This document shows positions 1 through 10,036 of a stretch of 64,000 bases of DNA, piece by piece. The DNA comes from Chloroflexota bacterium (lineage in GTDB: Bacteria; Chloroflexota; Dehalococcoidia; CAUJGQ01): the NCBI GenBank assembly GCA_963170165.1, contig CAUJGQ010000096.1, forward strand, positions 2,243 through 66,242. The letters run 5' to 3'. How positions within the stretch are numbered: position 1 is the stretch's first letter; every line of letters starts with the position of its first letter. The position numbers and the translations under genes are program-made. The notes under the pieces are model-generated. The model worked only from the letters and a program-made list of their open reading frames with translations, was not told where the DNA came from and ran no database searches.

Positions 1-62
1 GGCACGGTCGAACACGGTCGTGAGCGGCTTTGCAATGAGCCGCTATCGGTATATCCCCAGGC

Positions 63-91
63 TTGACTTCTGATTTCGGAGTGACAGAATG
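63..91 (+). promoter_or_regulatory. putative promoter upstream of the SBP gene (TTGACT, about 18 nt, cAGAAT)
   Basis: Hexamer-like motifs read directly in the 5' intergenic region. The -10 element is weak. Confidence 0.2.
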
Positions 92-181
92 TCCGCATCC
101 GCGGGTGTGGCCGGCGGGCGGGCAGGCAGTCACGCGGGGAGCGCGCCGGCCGGAGTCTGGTGAGTGTCAGGAGGGCACACC

Positions 182-1894
182 ATGACGGGCGGGCAGAGAT
201 GGAGCCGGAGACGGCTGCTGGGCAGTGGCGCGCTGGCCGGCGGGGCAGCGGTGCTGGCCGCGTGCGGCGGCGGCACAAAGAAGGCAGAGCAGCAACAGGC
301 GGTACAGACGGGTAATACCGCCGCACAGGGTCAGGGCGGGCAGGCCAAGGCGGGCGGCACACTCAACTGGCTGGCTGCCACCTCCGATGCCGCCACCGGC
401 TGGGACCCGCACAAGTCCTTCAGCTTCAAGACACACACGGCGCTCTCCTACACGCACGAGCGGGTGATGGAGTTCAGCTTCGGCGCCGACGCCGAGCCGG
501 GCGATTACACCGCAGTGCCCGGCCTGGCGGAGCGCATCGAGCAGGTTGACCCGACCACCTTCAAGATCGCCCTGCGTCAGGGGGTGAAGTTCCATAACAA
601 GGCGCCAGTCAACGGCCGCGTGCTGGACTCCGGCGACATCAAGTACACCATTGACCGGATGCTCGCCAAGAAGTTCACCTACCGCAACATCTTCGAAGAC
701 GTTGTGGACAAGGTCGACACGCCGGATAAGCAAACGGCCATCTTCAAGCTCAAGATGCCGTACGCCGACTTCCCCGTAAACCTCGCCAACCACTACGCCT
801 GGATCATCGCCAAGGAGTCGGTGGAAGCAGCCAAGGACGGCGATATCTCCCGTGCTGACCAGGTGATTGGCACCGGCGCGTTCATGATGGACAGCTTTGA
901 GCCGGGGCAAAAGGCCACCTACGTCAAGAACCCAGACTACTACCGCAAAGACAAGGCCGGCATGGCGCTGCCGTACCTGGACAAGATCGTCACCTTCTAC
1001 TCCGCTGACCAGGCGACACAGGAGGCGATGATTCGCTCTAAGCAGGTGGACGGTGGCGGCGTCAATCTCCCGTCCGTGGCGGCGATGAAGTCCAGCAACC
1101 CCGAGCTGGTGTGGTGGCAGAACCTGTCCGCGGGTGGGGACGTGTTCTACTTCCGCATGGACAAGAACGAGACGCAGGACATCCGCGTGCGCCAGGCAGT
1201 GGCGTACGGGTTCGACCGTAAGGGCTGGCTCAAGTCGCAGTACGTGGACAACGGCACGATCCACAACGGGCCGCCGCTGCCTGCCTCCTATACCGGCTGG
1301 TTCGTAGAACTCAAGGACCTGGGCGAAGGGGCACAGTTCTACGAATACAAGCCGGAGGAGTCGAAGAAGCTGCTGACGGCGGCTGGGTTCCCCAACGGCT
1401 TCGACGGCACGCTCGATCTGTCCAACGCCCAGGGGTACGGACAGGCGACCTTCAACCGCGGCCAGCTCTCCGCCGACCTGATGAAACAGATCGGTATCAA
1501 CCTCAAGCTCAACCCCAAGGAGTACGGCGACTGGCTGGCAACCGGCCACGCCGGCATCTACGACAGCTTTGCCTTTGGCCCGCTCACGCCGCTGGTGGCG
1601 ATGGACGACTGGCTATGGGGGATGCACCACAGCAAGGCCACCACCAATAAGGCCCACTCCGTCATCCCCGAGCTGGACGCCCTGCTCGACAAGCAGCGCG
1701 GCCTGTACGACACGGCCGAGCGCAAGAAGGTGGTGGCCGACATCCAAAAGCTGGTGGCCAAGCACGTGATGTACATCTTCGCCCCCGCCGGCAACACCAC
1801 CACCGCCCAGCAGCCCCATGTCAAGAACTTCCGCCCAAAGTCCGGCTACAACATCGGCAACGCCATGCGGGCAGTGTGGATTGATAGGGGGTAG
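182..1894 (+). CDS. ABC transporter substrate-binding protein, family 5 (peptide/nickel type), Tat-signal lipoprotein
   Basis: GGAGGG RBS 7 nt before the ATG at 182. N-terminal RRRLLGSGALAGGAAVLAACGG is a twin-arginine motif plus lipobox. Length 570 aa with SBP_bac_5-like composition. Followed by two DppBC-like permeases. Confidence 0.85.
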   Translation: MTGGQRWSRRRLLGSGALAGGAAVLAACGGGTKKAEQQQAVQTGNTAAQGQGGQAKAGGTLNWLAATSDAATGWDPHKSFSFKTHTALSYTHERVMEFSFGADAEPGDYTAVPGLAERIEQVDPTTFKIALRQGVKFHNKAPVNGRVLDSGDIKYTIDRMLAKKFTYRNIFEDVVDKVDTPDKQTAIFKLKMPYADFPVNLANHYAWIIAKESVEAAKDGDISRADQVIGTGAFMMDSFEPGQKATYVKNPDYYRKDKAGMALPYLDKIVTFYSADQATQEAMIRSKQVDGGGVNLPSVAAMKSSNPELVWWQNLSAGGDVFYFRMDKNETQDIRVRQAVAYGFDRKGWLKSQYVDNGTIHNGPPLPASYTGWFVELKDLGEGAQFYEYKPEESKKLLTAAGFPNGFDGTLDLSNAQGYGQATFNRGQLSADLMKQIGINLKLNPKEYGDWLATGHAGIYDSFAFGPLTPLVAMDDWLWGMHHSKATTNKAHSVIPELDALLDKQRGLYDTAERKKVVADIQKLVAKHVMYIFAPAGNTTTAQQPHVKNFRPKSGYNIGNAMRAVWIDRG

Positions 1895-1977
1895 GGAGCG
1901 GAGATTGGGCCGCCGGAGAATCCCGTCTCCCCGGCGGCCCGCTTCCGGCTGCCTGCCCACCCCGCCCGGAGCATGCC

Positions 1978-2919
1978 ATGGTCCAGTACATCTTGCGGCG
2001 TGTCCTGCTGATGATCCCAACGCTCCTGATCGTCAGCATTATCGTGTTCTCGCTGATCCGGCTAATACCGGGGGATATCGCCGAGATCATGGTAGAGAAC
2101 CGCAAGTATGCCAACGATGTGCAGGAGCTACGGCACAAGCTGGGGCTCGATCAGCCGGTGCCGGTGCAGTACGCCAAATGGCTGGGGGGACTGCTCACCG
2201 GTGACTTCGGCACGTCGCTGTGGACGGGGCGCACCATTGGTGAAGAGCTGCGGCACCGTGTGCCGCTCACGCTTCAGTTCGGCGTGATGACGATGATCAT
2301 CTCGCTGCTGATCGCACTGCCGGTTGGCGTGCTCTCCGCCGTGCGCCAGGACAGCGCCGTCGATTACCTTACCCGCAGCCTGGCCATCTTGGGGCTATCC
2401 TTCCCGCCCTTCTGGATCGCCACCATCCTGCTGGTGTTCGGCTCGATCTGGTTCGGCTGGGGGCCGCGCCAGTGGGTGCCCTTCTCCGAGAATCCGTGGG
2501 GCAGCGTCATGGCGCTGCTCGCTCCCAGCATCATCCTCGGCATCGACCGCGCCGCCAGCCTGATGCGCATGACCCGCGCCATGATGCTGGAGACGCTGCG
2601 TCAGGACTACGTACGCACGGCCTGGTCAAAGGGGCTGCGCGAGCGCACCATCGTGACCCGCCACGCGCTGCGCAATGCCCTGATCCCGGTCGTCACCATT
2701 CTCGGCCTGCAGATCCCCGCCATCCTCGGCGGCTCGGTAGTGATGGAGACGATCTTCAACCTGCCCGGCACCGGCAAGTTCATGCTCGACGCTATCCAGG
2801 CGCGCGATTACCCGATGGTGCAGGTGATGAACATGGTGTTCGCCGGCTTCATCCTGCTCACGAACCTGACCGTCGATCTCGCGTATGGCTGGCTCGACCC
2901 GCGCATCCGCCTGCGCTAG
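1978..2919 (+). CDS. ABC transporter permease (DppB/OppB-like)
   Basis: 313 aa, multiple transmembrane helices, and the EAA-like permease loop (AASLMRMTRAMMLE). Operon position after the SBP. Confidence 0.85.
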   Translation: MVQYILRRVLLMIPTLLIVSIIVFSLIRLIPGDIAEIMVENRKYANDVQELRHKLGLDQPVPVQYAKWLGGLLTGDFGTSLWTGRTIGEELRHRVPLTLQFGVMTMIISLLIALPVGVLSAVRQDSAVDYLTRSLAILGLSFPPFWIATILLVFGSIWFGWGPRQWVPFSENPWGSVMALLAPSIILGIDRAASLMRMTRAMMLETLRQDYVRTAWSKGLRERTIVTRHALRNALIPVVTILGLQIPAILGGSVVMETIFNLPGTGKFMLDAIQARDYPMVQVMNMVFAGFILLTNLTVDLAYGWLDPRIRLR

Positions 2920-2928
2920 GAGGGCGTC

Positions 2929-3855
2929 ATGGCTGTCAGCCGCGAATCCGTGCTGCCCATCGCCCAGGCCGAACAGCGGGCGCCGCGTCCGTGGTTTGTG
3001 GACGTCTGGCTACGGCTCGCGCGGGAGAAGCCATTGGGGATGCTGGGGGCGGTGGTGGTGCTGGTGCTGCTGGTGGTGGCTGCCGCCGCGCCATGGATTG
3101 CCACCTACCCGTATGAGCGCGTCCACCTGGCCGACACGCTGGTAGAACCCGGCTCTCCCTCTACCTACGGACCCACGTACATCCTGGGTACCGATGACCT
3201 GGGCCGCGACATGTTCAGCCGCATCGTCTACGGCGCGCGCATCTCGATGATCGTGGCGCTGGGCGCCGTGGGCCTGGGGCTGATGTTCGCCCTGATCATC
3301 GGCGTCACCTCCGGCTACGCCGGCGGGGTGGTGGACCTGGCGATTCAGCGGGTGGTCGACGCCTGGGTCTCGATCCCGTTCTTCATCCTGCTGCTCAGCA
3401 TCATGATGATCTTCAAGCCCGGCATCGGCCCGGTGATCTTCGCGCTGGCGCTGGGCTCCGCCTTCTCCAACTCGCGCATCGTCCGTTCCGCCGTGCTCAG
3501 CACGATGACCCTGCCGTACATCGAGGCGGCGCGGGCCACCGGCGCAGGCACGCTGCGCATCGTTCTTCGCCATGTCGTCCCAAACATCATGGCGCCGCTG
3601 ATCGTGGTCGCGACACTCGGTCTGGGCAACGCCATCCTGGCCGAGTCGGCGCTGTCGTTTCTCGGTTTGGGGGTGCCGCCGCCCTACCCCACGTGGGGGC
3701 AGATGCTCTCCGGCACCTCCCGCGTCTTCATGTACCAGGCGCCGTGGCTGGCCATCGCCCCCGGCATCGCCATCTCACTGGCCGTCTTCGGCTTCAACAT
3801 GCTCGGTGACGCCCTCCGCGATCTGCTCGACCCACGCCTGCGCGGCGGCCGCTGA
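2929..3855 (+). CDS. ABC transporter permease (DppC/OppC-like)
   Basis: 308 aa integral membrane protein immediately following the first permease. Typical OppC N-terminal extension. Confidence 0.85.
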   Translation: MAVSRESVLPIAQAEQRAPRPWFVDVWLRLAREKPLGMLGAVVVLVLLVVAAAAPWIATYPYERVHLADTLVEPGSPSTYGPTYILGTDDLGRDMFSRIVYGARISMIVALGAVGLGLMFALIIGVTSGYAGGVVDLAIQRVVDAWVSIPFFILLLSIMMIFKPGIGPVIFALALGSAFSNSRIVRSAVLSTMTLPYIEAARATGAGTLRIVLRHVVPNIMAPLIVVATLGLGNAILAESALSFLGLGVPPPYPTWGQMLSGTSRVFMYQAPWLAIAPGIAISLAVFGFNMLGDALRDLLDPRLRGGR

Positions 3856-4003
3856 ACGTGGTGCAGCACCGAATCTACCGCAACGGGACTGCCCCACGCG
3901 CCCCAGCGCCATCGTCACTCACGCGGCCACCGGCTATGCTGTTCGGGCCGTGCGCGCCGGCGCGCCGGTGAGCAAATGCGGCCGGATGCCGGGGGAGGGT
4001 GGT

Positions 4004-4405
4004 ATGGACGTCGCGAAGCCGGGGATTGACCTGGGGGTGCTGGTACGGGATATCGAGGGCTGCCTGCGCTTCTACTGCGAAGACCTGGGGCTGCCGAAGG
4101 TAGCGGAGATTCCCTTTCCGGGCAACCGCACGATGCACCGCATCCAGATCGGTGACTCGGTACTGAAGCTGATGCAATATCAGGACGGCGCGCCACCTGC
4201 CGGCCCCACCGGCCGCGAAGAGCAGGCCGGCATCCGCTACTTCACCATCGCCATCCATGACCTGCCCGGTGTGATCGCGCGGCTGGAGGCCAAGGGGCAT
4301 CGCTTCACCGTGCCGCTACGCCAGTCCCGCCCTGGCGTCTGGATTGCCATGCTCCAGGACCCGGACGGCAACACGGTAGAGCTACTGGAGCAGCGCGAGG
4401 AGTAG
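4004..4405 (+). CDS. VOC/glyoxalase-bleomycin resistance family protein
   Basis: GGAGGG RBS before the internal ATG at 4004. Composition of the approximately 133-aa product is glyoxalase-fold-like. The long upstream extension in the ORF track overlaps the permease and is unlikely. Confidence 0.55.
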   Translation: MDVAKPGIDLGVLVRDIEGCLRFYCEDLGLPKVAEIPFPGNRTMHRIQIGDSVLKLMQYQDGAPPAGPTGREEQAGIRYFTIAIHDLPGVIARLEAKGHRFTVPLRQSRPGVWIAMLQDPDGNTVELLEQREE

Positions 4406-4516
4406 GATACGCGGTGCGCCGCATCTCACGGGTGGCGCCGGGGAACGAACCTGCCTGCGCCGGATGGCAGCACCAGAACTCCTCCACGCCACCCGCAATT
4501 CGGAAGGGGAGTGATC

Positions 4517-5296
4517 ATGGCTGGGCGGCTTGAGGGGAAAGTGGCGATTATCACCGGCGGTGGCTCCGGCCTTGGGCGGGCAAGCGCGGTGCGCTTCGCC
4601 GCGGAAGGAGCGATGGTCTGCGCGGCAGACCTGTCCCTGGAAGGTGCGGCAGAGACCGTGCACGCGATCGAGACGGCGGGCGGCAAGGCCATCGCCTTTC
4701 AGATTGACACCACGGACGAAGCCGCCAACGACGAGATGGTGCGGCGCACGGTGGAGGCTTTCGGTGGGGTCGATGTGCTGCTGGCCGGGGCAGGTATCGG
4801 CAGCGCCCGTCCCGGCGCACCTCCCATCCCCTTCCCCGTGCTCAACACCCCCGCCGATGCCTTTCGCCGCGTGATCGATGTCAACCTGTACGGCGTGCTG
4901 TTCTCTGACCGCGCAGCAGGTCGGTGGATGGTAGCCAACCGCCGTCCGGGCAGCATCATCAATATCGCCTCGGTTGCCGCCTACGTCGCGCTCCCGGGCG
5001 GGGCGTACAGCGTGAGCAAGGCGGGGGTGCACATGCTCACCAAGGTGCTGGCCCAGGAGCTGGCCCCGGCCGGCATCCGCGTCAACGCCATTGGCCCTGG
5101 CTTCATCGAAACACCAATGACCGCCATGCTGCGCGAGGATGAGGCCCGCCGTGCCTGGGTGCTGGGCATGACACCCCTTGGTCGTTTCGGCCGGCCGGAG
5201 GAGGTGGCATCCACCGCCCTCTTCCTGGCGTCAGATGAATCGAGCTACTACACGGGCGAGCTGCTGCTGCCGAGCGGCGGCATCTTCCATGGATAG
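4517..5296 (+). CDS. SDR family oxidoreductase (3-oxoacyl-ACP reductase-like)
   Basis: TGGGSGLG Rossmann motif, YxxxK active site (YSVSKAG), and NAIGPG motif. RBS GGAAGGGGAG. Confidence 0.85.
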   Translation: MAGRLEGKVAIITGGGSGLGRASAVRFAAEGAMVCAADLSLEGAAETVHAIETAGGKAIAFQIDTTDEAANDEMVRRTVEAFGGVDVLLAGAGIGSARPGAPPIPFPVLNTPADAFRRVIDVNLYGVLFSDRAAGRWMVANRRPGSIINIASVAAYVALPGGAYSVSKAGVHMLTKVLAQELAPAGIRVNAIGPGFIETPMTAMLREDEARRAWVLGMTPLGRFGRPEEVASTALFLASDESSYYTGELLLPSGGIFHG

Positions 5297-5397
5297 CGCG
5301 CCGCTCGTGCTGCACATGTCGTGCACGTGCTCGGCCCGCTGCATCAAGCGCTGCCGTCACGATACACGCGGGCTGAACGTCTTTGAGGAGAGAACGC

Positions 5398-6192
5398 ATG
5401 GCCGGCCAGCTGGCGGGCAAGGTCACGATCATCACCGGCGCGGGCTCCGGCATCGGCCGGGCATGCGCGCTGCGGTTCGCCGCCGAGGGTGCACGGGTAT
5501 GCGCGGCGGACATGAACCTAGAGGGGGCAGCAGAGACCGTCCATCAGATTGAGGTCAACGGCGGGCAGGCCTTTGCCGTTCCGATTGACACCAGCGACGA
5601 AGCGGCCAACGAGGAGATGGTGCGCCGGACCGTCGAGGCGTACGGCGCTGTCGATTGCCTGGTGGCAGCCGCCGGCATCAGCGGCATCGCCCAGGGTGCG
5701 ACCGCCGTGCCCCAGGCGATGCTACAGTTCCCGGTGCTGAATATGCCGGTTGCCGCTTTCCAGCGGGTGATTGATGTCAACCTGTACGGCGTGCTGTTCA
5801 GTAACCGCGCAGCAGGCCGGTGGATGGTAGCCAACCGCCGTCCGGGCGCGATCGTTAACCTCGCCTCGGTGATGGCGAAGATCCCCGGACGAGGCGGGGC
5901 GTACAGCGTGAGCAAGGCGGGGGTGCACATGCTCACCAAGGTGCTCGCCCAGGAGCTGGCCCCGGCCGGCATCCGCGTCAACGCCATCGGCCCTGGCTTC
6001 ATCGAAACACCAATGACCGATCCCCTGCGCCAGGACGAAGCGATCTTCCAGCGGCTCATGACTCAAACGCCGATGGGGCGCATGGGCCGGCCGGAGGAGA
6101 TCGCCGCCACCGCCCTGTTCCTGTGCTCCGATGAGGCCAGCTACTTCACTGGCGAGCTGCTCCACCCGAGCGGCGGCATGTTCGTGGGGTAG
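5398..6192 (+). CDS. SDR family oxidoreductase (tandem paralog of the previous gene)
   Basis: Same motifs (TGAGSGIG, YSVSKAG). Long stretches are near-identical to 4517..5296 at both protein and DNA level. Confidence 0.85.
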   Translation: MAGQLAGKVTIITGAGSGIGRACALRFAAEGARVCAADMNLEGAAETVHQIEVNGGQAFAVPIDTSDEAANEEMVRRTVEAYGAVDCLVAAAGISGIAQGATAVPQAMLQFPVLNMPVAAFQRVIDVNLYGVLFSNRAAGRWMVANRRPGAIVNLASVMAKIPGRGGAYSVSKAGVHMLTKVLAQELAPAGIRVNAIGPGFIETPMTDPLRQDEAIFQRLMTQTPMGRMGRPEEIAATALFLCSDEASYFTGELLHPSGGMFVG

Positions 6193-6395
6193 CAGCGCTC
6201 TATTCCAGATCCGGGTAGTCAGGCTGCCATACCCGTGCGAAGATAGCGGCCTGATCGTACGCGCCCGTGGGGATGGGTGCTACGATGGCTCATACCGCCG
6301 GTAAGAACCGGCCGGTAAGCAGGGGAGGAGCTGCGGTGCCGGCACCACCGCAGCCAAGCCCGGCTCGGCGCCGGGAGAGGGGAACGACCAATTCG

Positions 6396-7673
6396 ATGAC
6401 CGCGCTACAGACCCCATTACCCCATGGGATCAACCTGGGTGATCCCAAGCTGTTCGAGCGCGCGGAGGCGCATGAGGCCTTCCGCATCCTGCGCCGGGAG
6501 GCGCCGGTGCACTGGAACCCCGGCACGGAGGAGGCCAACGGTTTCTGGTCGATGACCAAATACGCCGATGTGCTGTTTGTCTCCCGCCACCCGGAGATCT
6601 TCATCTCCTCCAAGGGCATCGCCGGCTCCGGCGTACGCCATCCCGAGCGCTTCCCGGAGCTGCAGGACAGCGGCAACGCCAGCATCATCACCATGGATCC
6701 GCCGCGCCACGTCAAGATGCGCCGCCTAGTCAACAAGGGGTTTACCCCGCGCGCCGTTAACGCCATGGAGCCGGAGATCCGGCGCATCACCAACGAGATC
6801 CTGGACGGCATCGCCCGCAAGGGTGCGTGTGACTTCGTGGTCGAGGTCTCCAGCCAGCTCCCGCTGGCCGTGATCTGCGGCATGATGGGCCTGCAGCGCG
6901 AGCACTGGCCGATGATGTTCGAGCTGACGAACTCCGTGCTCGGCTCCGGTGACCCCGAGTACCAGAAGGAAGTGGCGGAGGAAATGCGCGGGTCGGGTGC
7001 AGCTGCTCGCAAGACCTCGATGCTCGGCCGCCAGAAGATGATCGGCTTCTTCAGGGACGAGGTGGAGCAGCGCCGCCGCCGGCCTGGCAACGACATCATT
7101 TCCATCCTGCTGGAATCCGAGGTGGATGGGGAGAAGCTCACGGAGGAAGACCTGCTCGCCTTCTGCTTCCTGCTGATCCTGGCCGGAAATGAAACCACCC
7201 GCAACGGCATCTCCGGCGGCCTGCAGGTGCTGTGCGAGCACCCGGAGCAGAAGGCACGGCTACTGGCAGACATGTCGCTGATGGATTCGGCGGTCGAAGA
7301 GATCCTGCGCTGGGTGTCGCCCCTGCATCACATGTCCCGCTACACCGTGCAGGACGTGGAGGTGCGCGGCCAGCAGATCAAAGCGGGAGACCGCGTGATG
7401 ATGTGGTATCCCTCCGCCAACCGCGACGAGGAGGTGTTTGAGGAGCCGTACCGCTTCGACATCACCCGCAGCCCCAACGATCACATCGCCTTCGGTCACG
7501 GCGAGCACTTCTGCCTGGGCGCCGGTTTCGCGAAGAAAGAGATGAAGGTGATGTTCGAGGAGCTATTCCGCCGCTTCCCCGATATCGAGATGGCAGCGCC
7601 CGCCGAGCGGCTGCGCTCCAACTTCATCAACGGCATCAAACACCTACCGGTGGCCTTCACTCCGGCGGTGTAG
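6396..7673 (+). CDS. cytochrome P450
   Basis: Heme-binding loop FGHGEHFCLGAGFAKKE (FxxGxHxCxG), ExxR (EEILRW) and AGNETT I-helix motif. 425 aa from the ATG at 6396. Confidence 0.85.
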   Translation: MTALQTPLPHGINLGDPKLFERAEAHEAFRILRREAPVHWNPGTEEANGFWSMTKYADVLFVSRHPEIFISSKGIAGSGVRHPERFPELQDSGNASIITMDPPRHVKMRRLVNKGFTPRAVNAMEPEIRRITNEILDGIARKGACDFVVEVSSQLPLAVICGMMGLQREHWPMMFELTNSVLGSGDPEYQKEVAEEMRGSGAAARKTSMLGRQKMIGFFRDEVEQRRRRPGNDIISILLESEVDGEKLTEEDLLAFCFLLILAGNETTRNGISGGLQVLCEHPEQKARLLADMSLMDSAVEEILRWVSPLHHMSRYTVQDVEVRGQQIKAGDRVMMWYPSANRDEEVFEEPYRFDITRSPNDHIAFGHGEHFCLGAGFAKKEMKVMFEELFRRFPDIEMAAPAERLRSNFINGIKHLPVAFTPAV

Positions 7674-7712
7674 CTGCGTGGCGGTCCGCCTTTTGGCCGG
7701 CGCCAGCGGAGA

Positions 7713-7748
7713 AAAGCCCCTCCTCCGTCATCCGGAGTGAGGGGCTTC
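7713..7748. terminator. bidirectional intrinsic terminator hairpin between convergent P450 and sigma factor genes
   Basis: AAGCCCCTCCTCCG-loop-CGGAGTGAGGGGCTT forms a roughly 14-bp GC-rich stem with one bulge. Confidence 0.5.
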
Positions 7749-7777
7749 CCATCACGTGGTACATGCTCTGCTGAGCG

Positions 7778-9133
7778 CTAGTCCAGGAAATCCTTCAGCA
7801 CGTGGCTGCGGGAGGGATGGCGGAGGGTGCGCAGCGCCTTCGCCTCAATCTGGCGAATGCGCTCGCGGGTCACACCCATCTCGCGGCCGACCTCCTCCAG
7901 CGTACGGGCGCGGCCGTCGTCGATACCGAAGCGCAGCGCCAGGACGCGACGCTCGCGCTCGGTGAGGGTCGCCAGCGCTTCGGCGACGTGGCGCTTCATC
8001 ATGGTCTGGGCCACGGCCTGCGACGGGGCGAGGGCGTCGCTGTCCTCGATGAAGTCGCCCAGCTCCGACTCCTCCTCGTTACCGACCGGCGTCTCCAGGG
8101 AGACCGTCTCCTGAGCGGCGCGCAGCACTTCGGCCACCCGCTCGGCGGGCAGGTCCAGCACCGCGCCGATCTCGTCAAAGGAAGGCTCACGGCCGTAATG
8201 CTGCACCAGCTGACGGCTGACGCGCTGGAGCTTGTTCACCAGCTCCACCATATGCTCCGGCATACGGATGGTGCGGCCGTAGTCCGCGATGGCGCGGGTA
8301 ATAGACTGGCGGATCCACCAGGTGGCGTACGTGCTGAACTTAAAGCCACGGCGGTACTCGAACTTCTGCACCGCGCGCATCAGGCCAAGATTACCCTCCT
8401 GGATCAAATCCAGCAGCGTCATGCCACGCCCCAGGTACTTCTTCGCCACGCTGACGACGAGCCGAAGATTGGCCTGGGTGAGCCGCTGTTCGGCGTCGGC
8501 GCCGGCCTTGCGCACGCGGCGGAAGTGCGTCTCCAGCGCCTCCACTGGCGCCGCCGGATCGCGCAGCTCCGCCGGCAACACGTACAGCACCGTGGACAGC
8601 CGCACCGCGCTGCGGGCGGCTTGCTCGGCGGTGATTTCGCCGGCGACCGCGAGCGCCTCGACCAACTGCTCGTTGGGGGTGCCGCTGATCAGCTTCAGGA
8701 GCGCGGGCACATCGAGGTGCTGCTCCGCCTTGCCGTCCAGGCCGGCCTGGGCCGCAGCGGCCGCCGCCACGGGACGTAGCTCAGCCAGCGCAGCCAGCAG
8801 CGCGATCTGCAGATCGCGCGCCGAGGCCGTGTGCCCGGAGCCTGCCTTGATCTTCGCCTCAATCGCCTTGAGGTGATCGGCCGCCTCCATGTCGCGGGCC
8901 AAGCGCTGCTCATCGGCGAACGTCAGTAGCTTGACCTGGCCGATCTCGCGCAGGTAGGCGCGCACGCTGTCCGGCGCGTCCTCCTCAGACTCGTGCGTCT
9001 CAGCGACGTAGCCATCCTCGTCCGGACCGTCCTGGTTGCTCATCTCAAACACCGGCAGGCCACGGGTGGCGAGCGGATCGCGGTCAGCGGTCTGGCTGGG
9101 GGTCTTGGCGTCGGTCTTCTTCGTCGTCTTCAT
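7778..9133 (-). CDS. rpoD: principal RNA polymerase sigma factor (sigma-70, RpoD/SigA family)
   Basis: Conserved sigma regions 2-4 ([34 protein letters not shown]; [30 protein letters not shown]). Acidic N-terminal region. GAGGAAG RBS before the ATG at 9133 (MKTTKK...). Confidence 0.85.
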   Translation of the reverse strand: MKTTKKTDAKTPSQTADRDPLATRGLPVFEMSNQDGPDEDGYVAETHESEEDAPDSVRAYLREIGQVKLLTFADEQRLARDMEAADHLKAIEAKIKAGSGHTASARDLQIALLAALAELRPVAAAAAAQAGLDGKAEQHLDVPALLKLISGTPNEQLVEALAVAGEITAEQAARSAVRLSTVLYVLPAELRDPAAPVEALETHFRRVRKAGADAEQRLTQANLRLVVSVAKKYLGRGMTLLDLIQEGNLGLMRAVQKFEYRRGFKFSTYATWWIRQSITRAIADYGRTIRMPEHMVELVNKLQRVSRQLVQHYGREPSFDEIGAVLDLPAERVAEVLRAAQETVSLETPVGNEEESELGDFIEDSDALAPSQAVAQTMMKRHVAEALATLTERERRVLALRFGIDDGRARTLEEVGREMGVTRERIRQIEAKALRTLRHPSRSHVLKDFLD

Positions 9134-9586
9134 CGTCAATATCTTCCTCACTCACTCGTCACGATCGCACGCAATCCCTTGCCGTCTGGCTGCTCAACAC
9201 CGGATCAGGCAGCGCACGCCACCACACGGAACGTCGCCGGCGGATGCACGAAGCTGCACGTCAAACCACGAACCAGGGGGTGCACTGGTGGAGGGGACAG
9301 CGGTGGCAATCTAGACGATACACCTGTTGAAGATGCAAGTCAAGAGTCCTTCCGTTTCCTCCGAAAGATTTCTTGCGTTACGTCGTGAGACTGGGCGCTC
9401 AGCGGCCCGCTTCTGCCGCGGGATGGTTAGTATTGGTATCGAACGGGCGATCCCCACTGGGTAAACGTTCGGCGTCACAATCCCGTTTCATACCGGCCGC
9501 ACAGTTGCCGCAACATGGCGGTAGGTCCAGTTAGCCTTGCTCCGCCCTACCCGACAAGGGTGCGCGCCCCCATCCCTGCCCGGCCC

Positions 9587-9865
9587 TCAGGCCCGGTACA
9601 GCAGCCGGTACAGCCGCGTCCAGGGCGCGGGTCTTCCGCTCAGGTCGACGCGCCGCCCCCGCCAGTAGCGCACACGCCGCCGCGGGCGCAGCAGGTATGT
9701 CACCGCTGCCACAGCCACCATCCCGGCGCCCAGCGCCGCCAGCATGGCCAGCCCCGGCGCCAGCGCCCCCACCAGCCACAGCGCCATGCCGGCCAGGGCC
9801 AGCTGACCGGGGTTGGCCGGCCGCAGGTCGGGGAGACGGCGGGTGCGTGGCCGGCCAGCGTGCAT
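9587..9865 (-). CDS. hypothetical small membrane protein (two predicted transmembrane helices)
   Basis: High-GC3 ORF with a basic N-terminus followed by a hydrophobic stretch (LALAGMALWLVGALAPGLAMLAALGAGMVAVAAV). No recognisable family and the start is uncertain. Confidence 0.25.
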   Translation of the reverse strand: MHAGRPRTRRLPDLRPANPGQLALAGMALWLVGALAPGLAMLAALGAGMVAVAAVTYLLRPRRRVRYWRGRRVDLSGRPAPWTRLYRLLYRA

Positions 9866-10036
9866 GGTGGATACCCCGTTTTGCTGCATCCACATTGGTA
9901 TCGCACAGGCGCCCCGGCCGGATGCCAACAGTGGCTTAGGCATGCCTTAAATGTGTGTGAAGCGCCGCGGTGGCGTCATCGCCCGTAGGGATGAGCGTGC
10001 CTATCCTACCCCTGAACACCCGAGAGGAGCCCTCCG

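Noticed and set aside
167-1549. 460-aa minus-strand ORF
   Set aside because: Antisense to the well-supported SBP gene. High-GC shadow ORF with Arg/Leu/Val-rich low-complexity translation.
6290-7273. 327-aa minus-strand ORF
   Set aside because: Antisense to the cytochrome P450. Ser/Arg-rich shadow frame.
7802-8779. 325-aa plus-strand ORF
   Set aside because: Antisense to the sigma-70 gene, which has unmistakable conserved regions.
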